A stretch of 64,000 bases of DNA. Source: Treponemataceae bacterium. Lineage in GTDB: Bacteria; Spirochaetota; Spirochaetia; Treponematales; Rectinemataceae. Shown piece after piece: positions 1 through 10,506 of this stretch; positions within the stretch are counted from its first letter, which is position 1; each line of letters begins with the position of its first letter. Location: NCBI GenBank assembly GCA_963678065.2, contig CAXXVZ010000003.1:96001-160000 (forward strand), in the 5' to 3' direction. The position numbers and the translations under genes were made by a program. Under the pieces are notes generated by a model that was given only the letters and a program-made list of their open reading frames with translations, was not told where the DNA came from and searched no databases.

Positions 1-153
1 GTCATACGCGGAAAATATTCCGTCGGTACAAAGAATGGGGAACGGGTCCCATACGAAAAAGCCCGCGTGGCCCTTTGAAAGCGTGAATATCGATTCCATT
101 ACCGGCCAGCGCATTTTTTCGAGAAAAGCCCGGCTTACGGCGTAGCGCTCCTC

Positions 154-765
154 GTGGACAAGCGGGACCTCATCGCGGCAAAGCATGTGGACCACGTCGT
201 GCTCCTGGCCTCCTTCCTCCTGATCCTCCTCCTGCCGGCGATCCTCATGGCCTTCGACGACGACGTCCTCCACGAGCTCAAGAACCTGGTTTCCTCCCTT
301 CGAGGCCGGCTCGAGCTGACGCGAATGAAGGGGGCCGGGGCCGACGGAAGCTTCGCGCTGGCCGCCTCCGAGCTCGACCGCCTCCCCGAGGGCGCGGCCC
401 TCCCGATGGATCCGGAAATCTTCTCTCGCCTCGTTCGGATACTCGTAGACAACGCCCTCGATTTCAGCCCGCCGGGCGCGGGGGCGGCCGTCTTTGCATC
501 GGCCGGCGACGACTTCGTCGTGGTTCGAGTCGCGGACCGCGGCCCGGGAGTCCCTCCCAACCTGCGCGAATGGATCTTCGGCCGCTTCGCCGGCACGCGC
601 AAGAACGGGAGCGAGCCGCACACGGGCCTTGGCTTGGCGATCGCCCGGTCGCTCGTCTCCAGGATCGGCTCAGGCGATCGGCGCGCCTCGATCGGCGTCG
701 AGGATAACCCCGGCGGAGGCGCCGTGTTCGTCCTGAAGCTGCCGCTAGCTGATCGGCACTCGTGA
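154..765 (+). CDS. Short sensor histidine kinase-like protein (HisKA remnant + HATPase_c); possibly internally deleted
   Basis: One hydrophobic segment directly followed by HELKN, then N box (LVDNALDF), G1 (DRGPG) and G2 (GLGLAI); no sensor domain. Confidence 0.6.
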   Translation: MDKRDLIAAKHVDHVVLLASFLLILLLPAILMAFDDDVLHELKNLVSSLRGRLELTRMKGAGADGSFALAASELDRLPEGAALPMDPEIFSRLVRILVDNALDFSPPGAGAAVFASAGDDFVVVRVADRGPGVPPNLREWIFGRFAGTRKNGSEPHTGLGLAIARSLVSRIGSGDRRASIGVEDNPGGGAVFVLKLPLADRHS

Positions 766-955
766 ACGAACCGTGGCGACGCCGAGAAGGCCGGGCCACC
801 GTGACCGTGTTCAGCTCGGGGTGTCCTGACCAGGACACTTCCTCACGCCGAAAGATAGAAGGCCTGCAAGGAAAGATTTCACGGTCTCATGCATTTCGAT
901 CTGGTCAGTAAAGCAAAATTACCCTATACTCCTCTTTTGGAAGGAGTCCACCGGC

Positions 956-2140
956 ATGACTGTCGCAATCACCGGGCATCGAAACGCTTGCCTGTCGGTC
1001 CACATTCCCTATGATCCCCGCCTCATCCGCTCCATCAAAGGAATTCCGGATCGACACTGGGATCCGGAAAGCGGATGCTGGCTTATCCCTGACACCCAAA
1101 GCCACGTCGATAGGCTCCTCATGGTCCTGTACGACACAGGCATGTTCACCGCTCCCGATCCTGAAAAAGCCGGAACTGCCGTTGTCGATCCACTCTTGAA
1201 GCGCTACGAAGAAGCCCTCGACGCGCGCCACTTCAGCCCCCGGACAAAACGCGCTTATACCGCCTGGGTGAACCGCTTTCTTGCGCACTGCGGCGGACGG
1301 CAAGCCGCTTTCCTGGGCGAAACGGAAATCAATGTATTTCTGAGCTTCCTGGCCGTTCATGAAAAAGTGAGTGCATCCACCCAAAACCAGGCTCTTGCCG
1401 CCCTGCTTTTTCTTTACAGGCAGGTCATGGGTCGACGAATCGGCGAACTCGACGAGGTAATCCGGGCAAAAAAGCCGACAAGACTACCCGTCGTGATGAG
1501 CCGCGACGAAGTCAGGGCAGTCCTGTCGAACTTGCGGGGCGACAGATGGCTTGCCGCCGCGCTGATGTATGGCACGGGATTGCGCCTCATGGAATGTCTC
1601 GAACTCAGAGTCCAGGACATAGACTTTGCACGGAACGAAATCCTCGTTCGCAACGGCAAAGGCGCCAAAGACCGAGTCACCATGCTTCCTGAATCGCTGA
1701 AAAAACCACTTCGCGACCATCTGGCCACAGTCAGGGCCATTCACGACCACGACATATCTGAAGGCTGGGGGAACGTGCCCGTACCAAACGCGCTGGACCG
1801 AAAATACCCGAACATCGCCGCAGATTTCCGCTGGCAATGGATTTTCCCCCAGGGACGGCGCTGGACTAACCGCGAAACCGGCCAGCAAGGCAGACACCAC
1901 ATCGACGAATCCCTCGTTCAGAAAGCCGTCCATGAAGCCGTACTCAAAGCCGGTCTGACAAAACGCGCCAGCTGCCACAGTTTCCGCCACTCCTTCGCCA
2001 CCCAACTCCTGGAAAACGGCTACGACATACGCACCGTCCAGGAACTCCTGGGCCACAGCGACGTCAAAACAACGATGATCTACACTCACGTACTGAACCG
2101 CGGCCCTTCGGCGGTCCGCAGTCCCGTCGACGGCCTTTGA
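956..2140 (+). CDS. intI: Integron integrase (tyrosine recombinase) with N-terminal extension
   Basis: [22 protein letters not shown] and [12 protein letters not shown] motifs, plus the IntI-specific insertion ([10 protein letters not shown]...WQWIFP); followed by an attC array. Confidence 0.97.
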   Translation: MTVAITGHRNACLSVHIPYDPRLIRSIKGIPDRHWDPESGCWLIPDTQSHVDRLLMVLYDTGMFTAPDPEKAGTAVVDPLLKRYEEALDARHFSPRTKRAYTAWVNRFLAHCGGRQAAFLGETEINVFLSFLAVHEKVSASTQNQALAALLFLYRQVMGRRIGELDEVIRAKKPTRLPVVMSRDEVRAVLSNLRGDRWLAAALMYGTGLRLMECLELRVQDIDFARNEILVRNGKGAKDRVTMLPESLKKPLRDHLATVRAIHDHDISEGWGNVPVPNALDRKYPNIAADFRWQWIFPQGRRWTNRETGQQGRHHIDESLVQKAVHEAVLKAGLTKRASCHSFRHSFATQLLENGYDIRTVQELLGHSDVKTTMIYTHVLNRGPSAVRSPVDGL

Positions 2141-2163
2141 CAAAGCAGCAAGGCACTTATGAT
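2137..2163 (+). promoter_or_regulatory. Candidate cassette promoter Pc
   Basis: TTGACA (2137-2142, overlapping the intI stop) and TATGAT (2158-2163), upstream of attI; the 15-bp spacing is suboptimal. Confidence 0.35.
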
Positions 2164-2301
2164 GATACGTATAAACTGCCTGGAACCGGAGCCCCAATCT
2201 GAGCAATACATTGTCGGGGATAGAATTGGAGTTTCATTCCCGGCAGCCACAAAAGATCGTATACCGACACCATGCTCATGTTCCAAACCTTATCAGGATC
2301 A

Positions 2302-2319
2302 GCCTAATTATTGTTAGCA
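2302..2319 (+). other. attI core (crossover G|TT at 2313/2314)
   Basis: GCCTAATTATT-GTTAGCA; GTTAGCA is the reverse complement of the first attC R'' box (TGCTAAC, 3414). Confidence 0.8.
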
Positions 2320-2342
2320 GGACCCTTCGGGCGGAGGAAAAA

Positions 2343-3392
2343 GTGAACACAATAAATGAAATAATGCAATCAATTATTGATGAAGTGAAAACTAAAACTA
2401 ATGATCCTAAAAAACAGAGGGAAATCGTTGATAAGGTTTTTGAAAAATCTCTGCCTAAAATTACAAGTGATTTATATACAACCTTGGAAGAAACTTCTCA
2501 TATAATGTTAACCGAAAATAGATATGAAAATGATGAGTTTCGTGCACGATTAAACATGCAATGGTTTCAAGCGTTTGATTTACTAGAAAAGCTTTCAGTT
2601 GTTTCGTATGAAATTGGTGATGAAATAAATAAAAATGCAAAAGTATTTGTCTCAAAAGACAATGCATATCTCTTTGAAGTTTTACTTCACTTACATGCAA
2701 GGTCTATTCAAATAACAGAAGAAGTATTAGTCTTAATGAAGAATGGTTATGCTGATGGCGCTATAGCTAGATGGCGCACTCTTTATGAAATATCAGTTAT
2801 CGCTTTATTTATTTCAAAATATGGAAATGATATTGCTAAGCGTTATAAAGAGTATTCTAATGTTGAGACATACAAAGAAATGAAAACATTCATCGAAAAA
2901 AATCCAGAAAACGGATTTAAAAAAGTACCCAAAAAAGAAGTTCAAAGGCAAGAGAAGAATATTGATGATTTAAAAACTAAATATGGAAATGATTTTATTA
3001 ATAATTATGGATGGACAAATTCTGTATTAGTAAAAGGTAATAGAACATTTGAAGGTATTGAAATAGAGGTAGAGAAAGATCATTTACGACCATTTTATAA
3101 ATGGGCATGCAATGCTGTTCATGCAGGACCAAAAGCTGCTTATTATAAAATGGGTGTTTTAGGAAAAGAGAAGGTATTATTAACTGGACCAACCAATTAT
3201 GGTTTTGCTGATCCAGGACAAAATACCGGATTGTCATTGGTTCAAGTAACTTCTATTTTAGTCTTGAATTTCATGGATTATGATAATCTAGTATCGATGG
3301 AAATATTAACAAAATACTATAAACAATTACAGAAAAAATTTGTAGAAATACAGCGTAAAATTGAAAAAGAGAATAAAGAGAAAAATTCTTAA
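2343..3392 (+). CDS. Cassette 1: DUF5677-like protein
   Basis: GTG start after GGAGG, downstream of attI; motifs RWRTLYE and YKWACNAVH; AT-rich; attC follows. Confidence 0.65.
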   Translation: MNTINEIMQSIIDEVKTKTNDPKKQREIVDKVFEKSLPKITSDLYTTLEETSHIMLTENRYENDEFRARLNMQWFQAFDLLEKLSVVSYEIGDEINKNAKVFVSKDNAYLFEVLLHLHARSIQITEEVLVLMKNGYADGAIARWRTLYEISVIALFISKYGNDIAKRYKEYSNVETYKEMKTFIEKNPENGFKKVPKKEVQRQEKNIDDLKTKYGNDFINNYGWTNSVLVKGNRTFEGIEIEVEKDHLRPFYKWACNAVHAGPKAAYYKMGVLGKEKVLLTGPTNYGFADPGQNTGLSLVQVTSILVLNFMDYDNLVSMEILTKYYKQLQKKFVEIQRKIEKENKEKNS

Positions 3393-3413
3393 TCAAAGAG
3401 ATAAGAAAAATTC

Positions 3414-3536
3414 TGCTAACAACCGCTTCAACCTTATAAATCCTTTGGCATGGTTTGTGCAGAACAACAATGCACAAACCACGCCAAGCCTTCGCTTCGC
3501 TCAGGCGCGGATTTAAAGGTTAAGCCAATGTTAGGC
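3414..3536 (+). other. attC1
   Basis: TGCTAAC-N5-CTTCAACC...GGTTAAG-N5-GTTAGGC with a palindromic interior. Confidence 0.93.
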
Positions 3537-3601
3537 GGACGCGCTTCGCGCGCAAAGATAAATAAAGACTGAATAGGCATTATGCTTTGTCTGGAGTAGA
3601 G

Positions 3602-4153
3602 ATGATACCTTTTATACGAAAAAATCCTTTGTTTTCTCTTTGTGGATTAAATTGCAGTTTGTGCCCAAGATTTAATACTGATGGAAGTTCGAAATGTCCA
3701 GGCTGTGGCGGAGAAAACTTTTCAACTCAGCATCCAACTTGTGCAGTAGAAACATGCAATAGAAAACATGATAATGTGGAATATTGTTATCAATGCAGTG
3801 AATACCCATGTAAAAAATATCAAGAAGAAAGCAAATGTGATTCATTTATATCATATAGAAGTGTAAAACAGAATTTTATAGAAGCAAAAAATGATATTAA
3901 AAAATATGAAACCGATTTAGGTAAAAGACAAAAGTATTTAAAGATATTATTAGAAAAGTATAATGATGGAAAATCGAAAGGATTATACTGCCTTGTTGCT
4001 AATGATATGCCATTAAATGAATTAGAAATATTAATTAGTAAAATTGATAAAATACCAATTGATTTGGATATAAAAGAAAAAGCAAAAGAGGTTAAAAAGG
4101 AAATTTTAGCATTAGAAGTAAAATTTGGCTTTGAATTTAAATTAAGAAAATAG
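3602..4153 (+). CDS. Cassette 2: DUF3795-like cysteine-rich protein
   Basis: CGLNCSLC, CPGC and CYQCSEYPC motifs. Confidence 0.75.
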   Translation: MIPFIRKNPLFSLCGLNCSLCPRFNTDGSSKCPGCGGENFSTQHPTCAVETCNRKHDNVEYCYQCSEYPCKKYQEESKCDSFISYRSVKQNFIEAKNDIKKYETDLGKRQKYLKILLEKYNDGKSKGLYCLVANDMPLNELEILISKIDKIPIDLDIKEKAKEVKKEILALEVKFGFEFKLRK

Positions 4154-4154
4154 C

Positions 4155-4277
4155 GCCTAACACCTGCTTCAACCTTATAAATCCTTTGTCATGGTTTGTG
4201 CAGAACAACAATGCACAAACCACGCCAAGCCATCGCTTCGCTCAGGCGCGGATTTAAAGGTTAAGCCAACGTTAGCC
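4155..4277 (+). other. attC2
   Basis: GCCTAAC...GTTAGCC; near-identical to attC1. Confidence 0.93.
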
Positions 4278-4332
4278 GGACGCCTTCGGCGCTCATATAA
4301 TAATCAAGAACTAAAAATTGCTTAAAGGAAGC

Positions 4333-5250
4333 ATGAAATTGGATAAAAAAAGAAAACAACATTATGTTTGGAAATACTATTTAAAGCAATGGACACAGAA
4401 TAAGAAAGTATTTTTGTTGTATAACAACGAAATACTTAATACTAACCTCGATAATGTAGCAAATAGTAGGGATTTTTATAGGTTAAAAGAACTTAATAGT
4501 AATGATTTAATATTTTTACAATATGCAATTAATAAGATTAATGATCCATTACTCAAAAAATTAGATATTGATTGGATAAATACTTTCTCAGAAGTATTTA
4601 AAATTCGAGAAAAGATTATTAAAAGCGGTAATAGTAATAAGGAGCTTGATAACATAATAGATATAACAATAAATAATATGGAAGAAGAATTACATTCAAA
4701 GATAGAGAATATTGGATCAAAGTATCTTAAAATGATACTTGAACAAGATTTATCATTTTTTGAAACAGATGAAGGATTCATTGAGTTTACCCTATATTTA
4801 TGTATGCAATATTTCAGAACAGAGAACATGAAAAATCAGGCATTACAAAGTGAAATTGCGGATTCTAGCTTTATCATAAATATGGATAATGTTTGGAGTA
4901 TTTTTAAAATTTTATTCGCTACAAATATGGCATATACATTATATGCTTCTAAAGAAGACTGGAAAATGCAGCTTCTTGAAAATGGAACAGAAATACCATT
5001 TATTACTGGAGATCAACCAGTAATAAATGAATATTCTATACCAAATACTATATCAAAAGAATTAAGTCTATATTATCCAGTATCACCGATACTAGCGATT
5101 AGAATAAGCAAAGAACTCGACAGATCTAAAAGTAGCCAAATATGTACTAAAAAAGATGTAATAATTCAGAATAAGAAGATTAAAAATAATTCGTATCAAC
5201 AAATCTATGGAAATACTAAAAGTTCACTTGAAACTTTTATTACGAAATAA
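4333..5250 (+). CDS. Cassette 3: DUF4238-domain protein
   Basis: N-terminal KQHYVWKYYLKQW and FITGDQPV motifs. Confidence 0.8.
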   Translation: MKLDKKRKQHYVWKYYLKQWTQNKKVFLLYNNEILNTNLDNVANSRDFYRLKELNSNDLIFLQYAINKINDPLLKKLDIDWINTFSEVFKIREKIIKSGNSNKELDNIIDITINNMEEELHSKIENIGSKYLKMILEQDLSFFETDEGFIEFTLYLCMQYFRTENMKNQALQSEIADSSFIINMDNVWSIFKILFATNMAYTLYASKEDWKMQLLENGTEIPFITGDQPVINEYSIPNTISKELSLYYPVSPILAIRISKELDRSKSSQICTKKDVIIQNKKIKNNSYQQIYGNTKSSLETFITK

Positions 5251-5255
5251 AATTC

Positions 5256-5379
5256 GGCTAACAAACGCTTCAACCATATAAATCCTTTGTCATGGTTTTT
5301 GCGAGAAGATGATGCAAAAACCATGCCAAGCCTTCGCAGTAGCTCAGGCGCGGATTTAAAGGTTAAGCGAATGTTAGGT
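5256..5379 (+). other. attC3
   Basis: GGCTAAC...GTTAGGT; R'' complements the cassette start GTTAGCC. Confidence 0.93.
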
Positions 5380-5464
5380 GGACGCTTCGCGCAGAAAAAT
5401 AGAAATTACGTCGGAAAGGCATCAAATTTATTACAAGCATCCTAAAAATGGTTGAAACAAAAAT

Positions 5465-5812
5465 ATGAAGATAGTAATAAAAGGCAATAAAGGAAAAAAA
5501 GTGAATAAAATAACTAAAAATGCTATAGAGATAAAGAAATTATGTGAGAAAGGAAATAAAGAAGATATTTCAAAAGTAATGTCATATCTTAATGAAGATG
5601 TAGATTTACCTACAACAAAGATTGTTGACTATTATCTAGGAACAGTAAAAAATTGCGAAGGAATTGATTGTATAGAGTATTTTTTGTTTAATGGAACTCA
5701 AATTCAAAGGAATTATTGTACATTATTCTTTGCAAGAAGAAATGACTGGATCCTTGTGAACAAAGCATATAATCTAGGGTTAATAGATTACATTCAAGCT
5801 TATTCAAGATGA
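5465..5812 (+). CDS. Cassette 4: hypothetical protein
   Basis: 115-aa ORF filling the interval between attC3 and attC4. Confidence 0.7.
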   Translation: MKIVIKGNKGKKVNKITKNAIEIKKLCEKGNKEDISKVMSYLNEDVDLPTTKIVDYYLGTVKNCEGIDCIEYFLFNGTQIQRNYCTLFFARRNDWILVNKAYNLGLIDYIQAYSR

Positions 5813-5829
5813 ATATACAATAAAAAGAC

Positions 5830-5967
5830 ACCTAACGCACGTTTCAACCTGACTCGGCTACTGTCACGCTTCTTGCTAAGACCCTGTGGAATCCAGAAGA
5901 GCTTTATACCAATAGGCTGCAAGAATCGCGCCAGTTTGACGCCTCGCAGGTTAAACGAATGTTAGAA
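5830..5967 (+). other. attC4
   Basis: ACCTAAC...GTTAGAA; second attC subfamily (CCTGACTCGGC...GCCTCGCAGGTT). Confidence 0.9.
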
Positions 5968-5988
5968 GGACGCTCCGCGCGGGGGAAT

Positions 5989-6888
5989 TTATAACTTTTC
6001 TAGAGTTATCAAATGAACGTGTTCGCAAGCTTCGTACTGCGTCTTGTTTTCAAGGAATATTTTTTTCTGAATTTCATCAGGTGATAAATGCGCTTTGATT
6101 GAAAAGTTGTATTTATTGGTAATCGATACTAAGTCATTATATGATAAGCACGACTTAAACTGTTCTCCAGTAAATTTTGCTTGATTAATCCATTTTCTGA
6201 AGCTATCGGAAGATCTTGACTCATCAAAGGTTGTATTATCAAAATAATCAAATACAATACGACTTCCAGATGAGCATATTTGCGAAATAGATTCAAATAA
6301 CTCATTTAGTGAGCTAAGGTCTAAATACATTATCAAACCTAATGCACTTATAAATACGCATTTATTGCGTTCAAAAGATGATTCTATCATAACTTGTTTT
6401 AAAGTATTTGTAGTTAAATCAGCACAAATGAACTCTGTATTTTTTGGTAATCCTTTGCTAATTCGATAAAGCTGTTCTTTCTTGAAAAATTGTGTATCCC
6501 CTTGGTCAATTTCAAATATTTTTATTTGTGGAAATTTGTCACATCTGAGAGAATAAGTATCTAATCCTGCACCTAATACAATATATTGAGAATTACCTTC
6601 TTTTAAGAAAGATTCAAGTTCGTTCTCGCAATAATAAGTTCTACTTAGCACTTGTGCTGTAGTCGGTATATTTCTAATTATCTTGGAAATAATCGCATCA
6701 GTTTCTTTATCAGTTATTGGTTTTGGTAAATTTGGTAGTGTATTTAAAAATCCCATACGAATTAATTGTCGTCTGTCTTCAGGAATAATCTGTAATGCCA
6801 ATGAATCATTGCAGATTTTATAGGTATCATAATACGAATGAAACCCACGAAGAAAAGCACAAAAAATACTTGTTACACTAATTGCCAT
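5989..6888 (-). CDS. Cassette 5 (inverted ORF): class I SAM-dependent methyltransferase, LCM-like
   Basis: QYIVLGAGLDT, FEIDQ, CADL and GLIMYL motifs; antisense to the array. Confidence 0.85.
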   Translation of the reverse strand: MAISVTSIFCAFLRGFHSYYDTYKICNDSLALQIIPEDRRQLIRMGFLNTLPNLPKPITDKETDAIISKIIRNIPTTAQVLSRTYYCENELESFLKEGNSQYIVLGAGLDTYSLRCDKFPQIKIFEIDQGDTQFFKKEQLYRISKGLPKNTEFICADLTTNTLKQVMIESSFERNKCVFISALGLIMYLDLSSLNELFESISQICSSGSRIVFDYFDNTTFDESRSSDSFRKWINQAKFTGEQFKSCLSYNDLVSITNKYNFSIKAHLSPDEIQKKIFLENKTQYEACEHVHLITLEKL

Positions 6889-6974
6889 AGATAACTCCTA
6901 AATCTGAAAAAGTGTAACTATCCATTATACCATATATATGACATTTTGTCACCTAGTTGCTTAAAAGAAATGTC

Positions 6975-7099
6975 TTCTAACACATGCTTCAACCCTATAA
7001 CGCCTTTTGTCATGGTTTTTGCGAGAAGATCACGCAAAAACCACGCCAATCCTTCGCTACGCTCAGGAACAGGCGTTAAGGGTTAAGCCAATGTTATAT
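6975..7099 (+). other. attC5
   Basis: TTCTAAC...GTTATAT. Confidence 0.92.
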
Positions 7100-7636
7100 G
7101 GACCCTTCGGGCAGAATTATTTAAGACATAAATAAATGGAGGCAAATATGAAATGCTTTGTAATAATGCCATTTGCAAAAGAATTTGATCTAGTAAAAGA
7201 AGCAATAAAGACAGGCGTAACGAATACAAACAATATTTTCTATAGAGCTGATGAGGACTATAGGTCGGGAAAAGTCACAGAACAAATATGTAAAATGATT
7301 GATGAGTGCGATATTTGTATATGTGATATTACTAAAAATAATCCTAATGTAATATGGGAACTGGGGTATGCATACTCAAAAGAAAAAAGAATAATATTAC
7401 TTGTTCAAGATACAAAAGAAATATTTTTCAATATTAAAATTGAAAGAACAATAATCTATAATCTAGATAACATTAAAAATACTCTAATTCAGCATTTGGA
7501 AATATTTCTCACTAATATAGCTATAGATATTAGCAATCAACCAATAGAAGAATATTTTGAAAAAAATAAATACAATGGTTATAGTAAAATTATTGGATCA
7601 CCACATATAGATAATACTCCATTTAGTTATTTTAGT

Positions 7637-9031
7637 GAGGCTTTTTCAAAACTTCGTAATCCGCTTTGTAAAAAAGCGAGTTATTGTAACTGAAGCTTCG
7701 TTTTTGCACAGTAAAAATTACATGTGCAGTAAAAAGGGCTCTCTTTTCAGTGCAAAAGATGGACTACCCCTACAAAATCCGGTTCTGCCGGATTGCCCGG
7801 TTACGATTTCTGCAGTTCGGGAAGGATGAAGTACTGCAAAGCCTTGACGGCCGCCAGAACCACTACCCCGCACATGAGCAGGAATGATACTTTCTCAAAT
7901 CCCCGTACAAATATCTGACCCGGTATGAGCCAATCCTTCAAATGCGAGTTTGCACGTTCAACCGTTGTCCTGATTGTGTACCGCTCCTTCTGTGACGGCG
8001 AAAATGGTTCCCGTTCCGTCCCACGACGCGTATTCCGATCAATCAGCGGAACACGCCCACGTCCCTGGATATAGGTCGCGATGGGATCCGCATCGTATGC
8101 AGCGTCCATGACTGAATACAGATGTCGGACCTTTTTCTCTGTTATCTTTTCCAGAGGAATCGCTACTTGCGAATCATGAACATTGGCGCCGGTTACGACT
8201 GCTGAAATAGGGAATCCTGTGTCGCTGACATCAAGGTGCAACTTGTATCCTTTCCATGTTTCCCTATTCCCCTGGCTGTTCTTCTTGCATCCCCATGCAC
8301 AGTCTTTGGATAGTTCTGACAAGGATTTCCTGACGCTTTGGCCGACTTGCTTTTCTATCTGTGTCGGCTCCTTCACAGGCCGAACTTCTCCTTTTCGGGG
8401 ACGACCTCGTTTCCGTTGCGGTGTCACGGAAGAAACAGCTTCACGTTTGGCAGGTACAGGTTTTTCTCGTGCTCGTATCTCCGTCGCATCCCGATTTATG
8501 TGTCCGACGATATGGCCGTCATGACAATCCTTCACCATGGTATTCAAAGTCTGAATCAGCGGAGTCTTTTTTGAAAACTCCGCGTAGCGACGCGAAAAGG
8601 TCGCAGAGCTTGGAACGGAGGTGAAGCCGCATATCCTCCGCAGATTCGGATCGTTGATCAGCCTGTTCCTAAGGTCCGTGACTGTCGCTATGTGGAATAC
8701 CGTTCGGGCGAAAAACGCCCGCATGATCGGTTCGTTCCGATGTGGAGGACGGCCAGTCCGTGCACATGGTGATGTAATCCGTGGCTGAGCATCTTCAATG
8801 ACTCTGAGCAGGGCGATAAAAAAGCGATGCTCGTCGGTGAGATATTCTTCGAAACATCGCTGGATATCGTAGGAAATCGGCAAAAGTATTTGCGCTCCGC
8901 CCAGTATTTCTGGTATGGTTTTCATCAGCGGGGGCTCCTCCTGGTGACGTTTGTGTTGCAACATCATCATACAGGTTCTGTCCCCGCTTTTCATTAAAAT
9001 TCGTTCATCTCATGACTTTTGAAAGAGCCTC
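7637..9031 (-). mobile_element. IS5/IS1182-like insertion sequence, 1395 bp
   Basis: 15-bp terminal IRs (GAGGCTTTTTCAAAA / TTTTGAAAGAGCCTC, one mismatch); 4-bp direct repeat TAGT at 7633-7636 and 9032-9035. Confidence 0.9.
7801..8925 (-). CDS. DDE transposase (IS4/IS5 superfamily)
   Basis: DATEI, WKGYKLHL, ANVHDS, MDAAYD and RTTVERANSHLK motifs. Confidence 0.9.
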   Translation of the reverse strand: MKTIPEILGGAQILLPISYDIQRCFEEYLTDEHRFFIALLRVIEDAQPRITSPCARTGRPPHRNEPIMRAFFARTVFHIATVTDLRNRLINDPNLRRICGFTSVPSSATFSRRYAEFSKKTPLIQTLNTMVKDCHDGHIVGHINRDATEIRAREKPVPAKREAVSSVTPQRKRGRPRKGEVRPVKEPTQIEKQVGQSVRKSLSELSKDCAWGCKKNSQGNRETWKGYKLHLDVSDTGFPISAVVTGANVHDSQVAIPLEKITEKKVRHLYSVMDAAYDADPIATYIQGRGRVPLIDRNTRRGTEREPFSPSQKERYTIRTTVERANSHLKDWLIPGQIFVRGFEKVSFLLMCGVVVLAAVKALQYFILPELQKS

Positions 9032-9565
9032 TAGTATTAAAAAATTTGTTAAAAGGCATATATTTATAGCTGCTCAAGATCATTATTTCTTAACTAAAAA
9101 TGAAAATAGGGAGAAGTATAAGAATAGTATTTTAGATTTTTTAATTGGAAATCCTGAAAGAAAAGTTGATATTATGATTACAGATGAAAGAATTAAGAAT
9201 AGATATTCTCATAAAACATGGCAATATGTTACCGCAGATAGATTTATTACTGACTTAAATGATGCAATTCAATTTTATCAAGAATTGATTATTTATTATG
9301 ATAATATTAAAGGTAAAAAAGGAACTTTATCAATACATAAAGTAACATTTATTCCTATTACTATTAGCTTTATTGACCCGGAAGAAGAAAATGGATTTCT
9401 TATACTTTCACCAAATGCTTATGAAGATGAAGGTATGAAGAGACCATTCTATGCGTTTTCAAAAAAAAGAAATGAAGAGATGTTTATTGAATATTGGTCT
9501 CCATACAAGAAAAAATATGAAGAAATAAAAGATAGTAATATTTTAGAAAAATAGAAAAAATACTC

Positions 9566-9671
9566 ATATAACAACCGCTTCGACCTGACTCGGCTCTGTC
9601 ACGATTCTTGCATGAACAACAATGCAAGAATCGTGACAGTTAACGCCTCGCAGGTCAAGCGAATGTTAGAT
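9566..9671 (+). other. attC6
   Basis: ATATAAC...GTTAGAT; R'' complements GTTATAT at 7093. Confidence 0.92.
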
Positions 9672-9732
9672 TGACCCTTCGGGCCGAAGAATAAGAATTA
9701 ATAATAGTTGCTTATATAAGAGGATAAAACCT

Positions 9733-10371
9733 ATGTCGAATATAGACGAAGAAAATGTAATGATTGATTATTATGTAATTGTTTTTGACTTATGCTCTTC
9801 CTCAGTAATTCTTGAAGATTTACAAAATCAAGAAAAATTGGATAGATGGAAATTATTCTGGGAGAAAATACATGCTTTTTTAGTAAAAACATCACATCAT
9901 GAAGAAGTTTTCACAATCTATAAATTTGTTGGCGACGGTTTTATTCTTTTATATAATCCAGAATTTGAAGATGGATTAATAAGATATTGTATAAGGCTAT
10001 CAAAAATTATTAATGAAGAACTTGGCAAAATAATTGAAAATGATATGAATGTCCGACCAGATAGATTGGGTATCACAATTGGTGTTGATAAAGGAAAACT
10101 AATACAGTTAAAAATTGGAAATTTATATGAATATACTGGTAAAGCCATTAATGTTGCCTCTCGTCTTCAATCGTCATTAAAAAAGCCCGAACATGCGAAT
10201 AAAATGTTAGTTTCTAAAAATGTTAAGAATAGAACTTGTTCATTGTATGATAGTAGTTTATATAAAAGTGTTGAAAGAACATTAAATAATTTATTTGGTG
10301 ATAAAAGTTTTTATTGTTATGAAATTGATTTAACCGTTGATATAACAGATTATATAACTGAAAAAATCTAA
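9733..10371 (+). CDS. Cassette 7: stand-alone class III nucleotide cyclase
   Basis: VFDLCSSS, KFVGDG and GKAINVASRLQS motifs; the stop codon lies in R''. Confidence 0.88.
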   Translation: MSNIDEENVMIDYYVIVFDLCSSSVILEDLQNQEKLDRWKLFWEKIHAFLVKTSHHEEVFTIYKFVGDGFILLYNPEFEDGLIRYCIRLSKIINEELGKIIENDMNVRPDRLGITIGVDKGKLIQLKIGNLYEYTGKAINVASRLQSSLKKPEHANKMLVSKNVKNRTCSLYDSSLYKSVERTLNNLFGDKSFYCYEIDLTVDITDYITEKI

Positions 10372-10478
10372 CAACTGCTTCAACCTGACTCGGCTATGTC
10401 ACGATTCTTGCTAGTCGTCGCTACGCTCCTCGGCAAGAATCGCGCCAAAACGCCTCGCAGGTTAAGCAAATGTTATGT
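10366..10478 (+). other. attC7
   Basis: ATCTAAC...GTTATGT. Confidence 0.92.
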
Positions 10479-10506
10479 GGACGCTTCGCGCAGAGGATAG
10501 AAAAAT

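Larger units (their letters stand above)
7136..9554 (+). pseudogene. Cassette 6: nucleoside 2-deoxyribosyltransferase/TIR-like N-domain protein (~339 aa) split by an IS
   Basis: CFVIMPF and NPNVIWELGYA motifs. Removing 7637-9035 joins ...SYFS to IKKFVK... in frame. Confidence 0.85.

Noticed and set aside
2211..2342. N-terminal extension of the cassette 1 ORF
   Set aside because: It crosses attI; an RBS supports GTG 2343.
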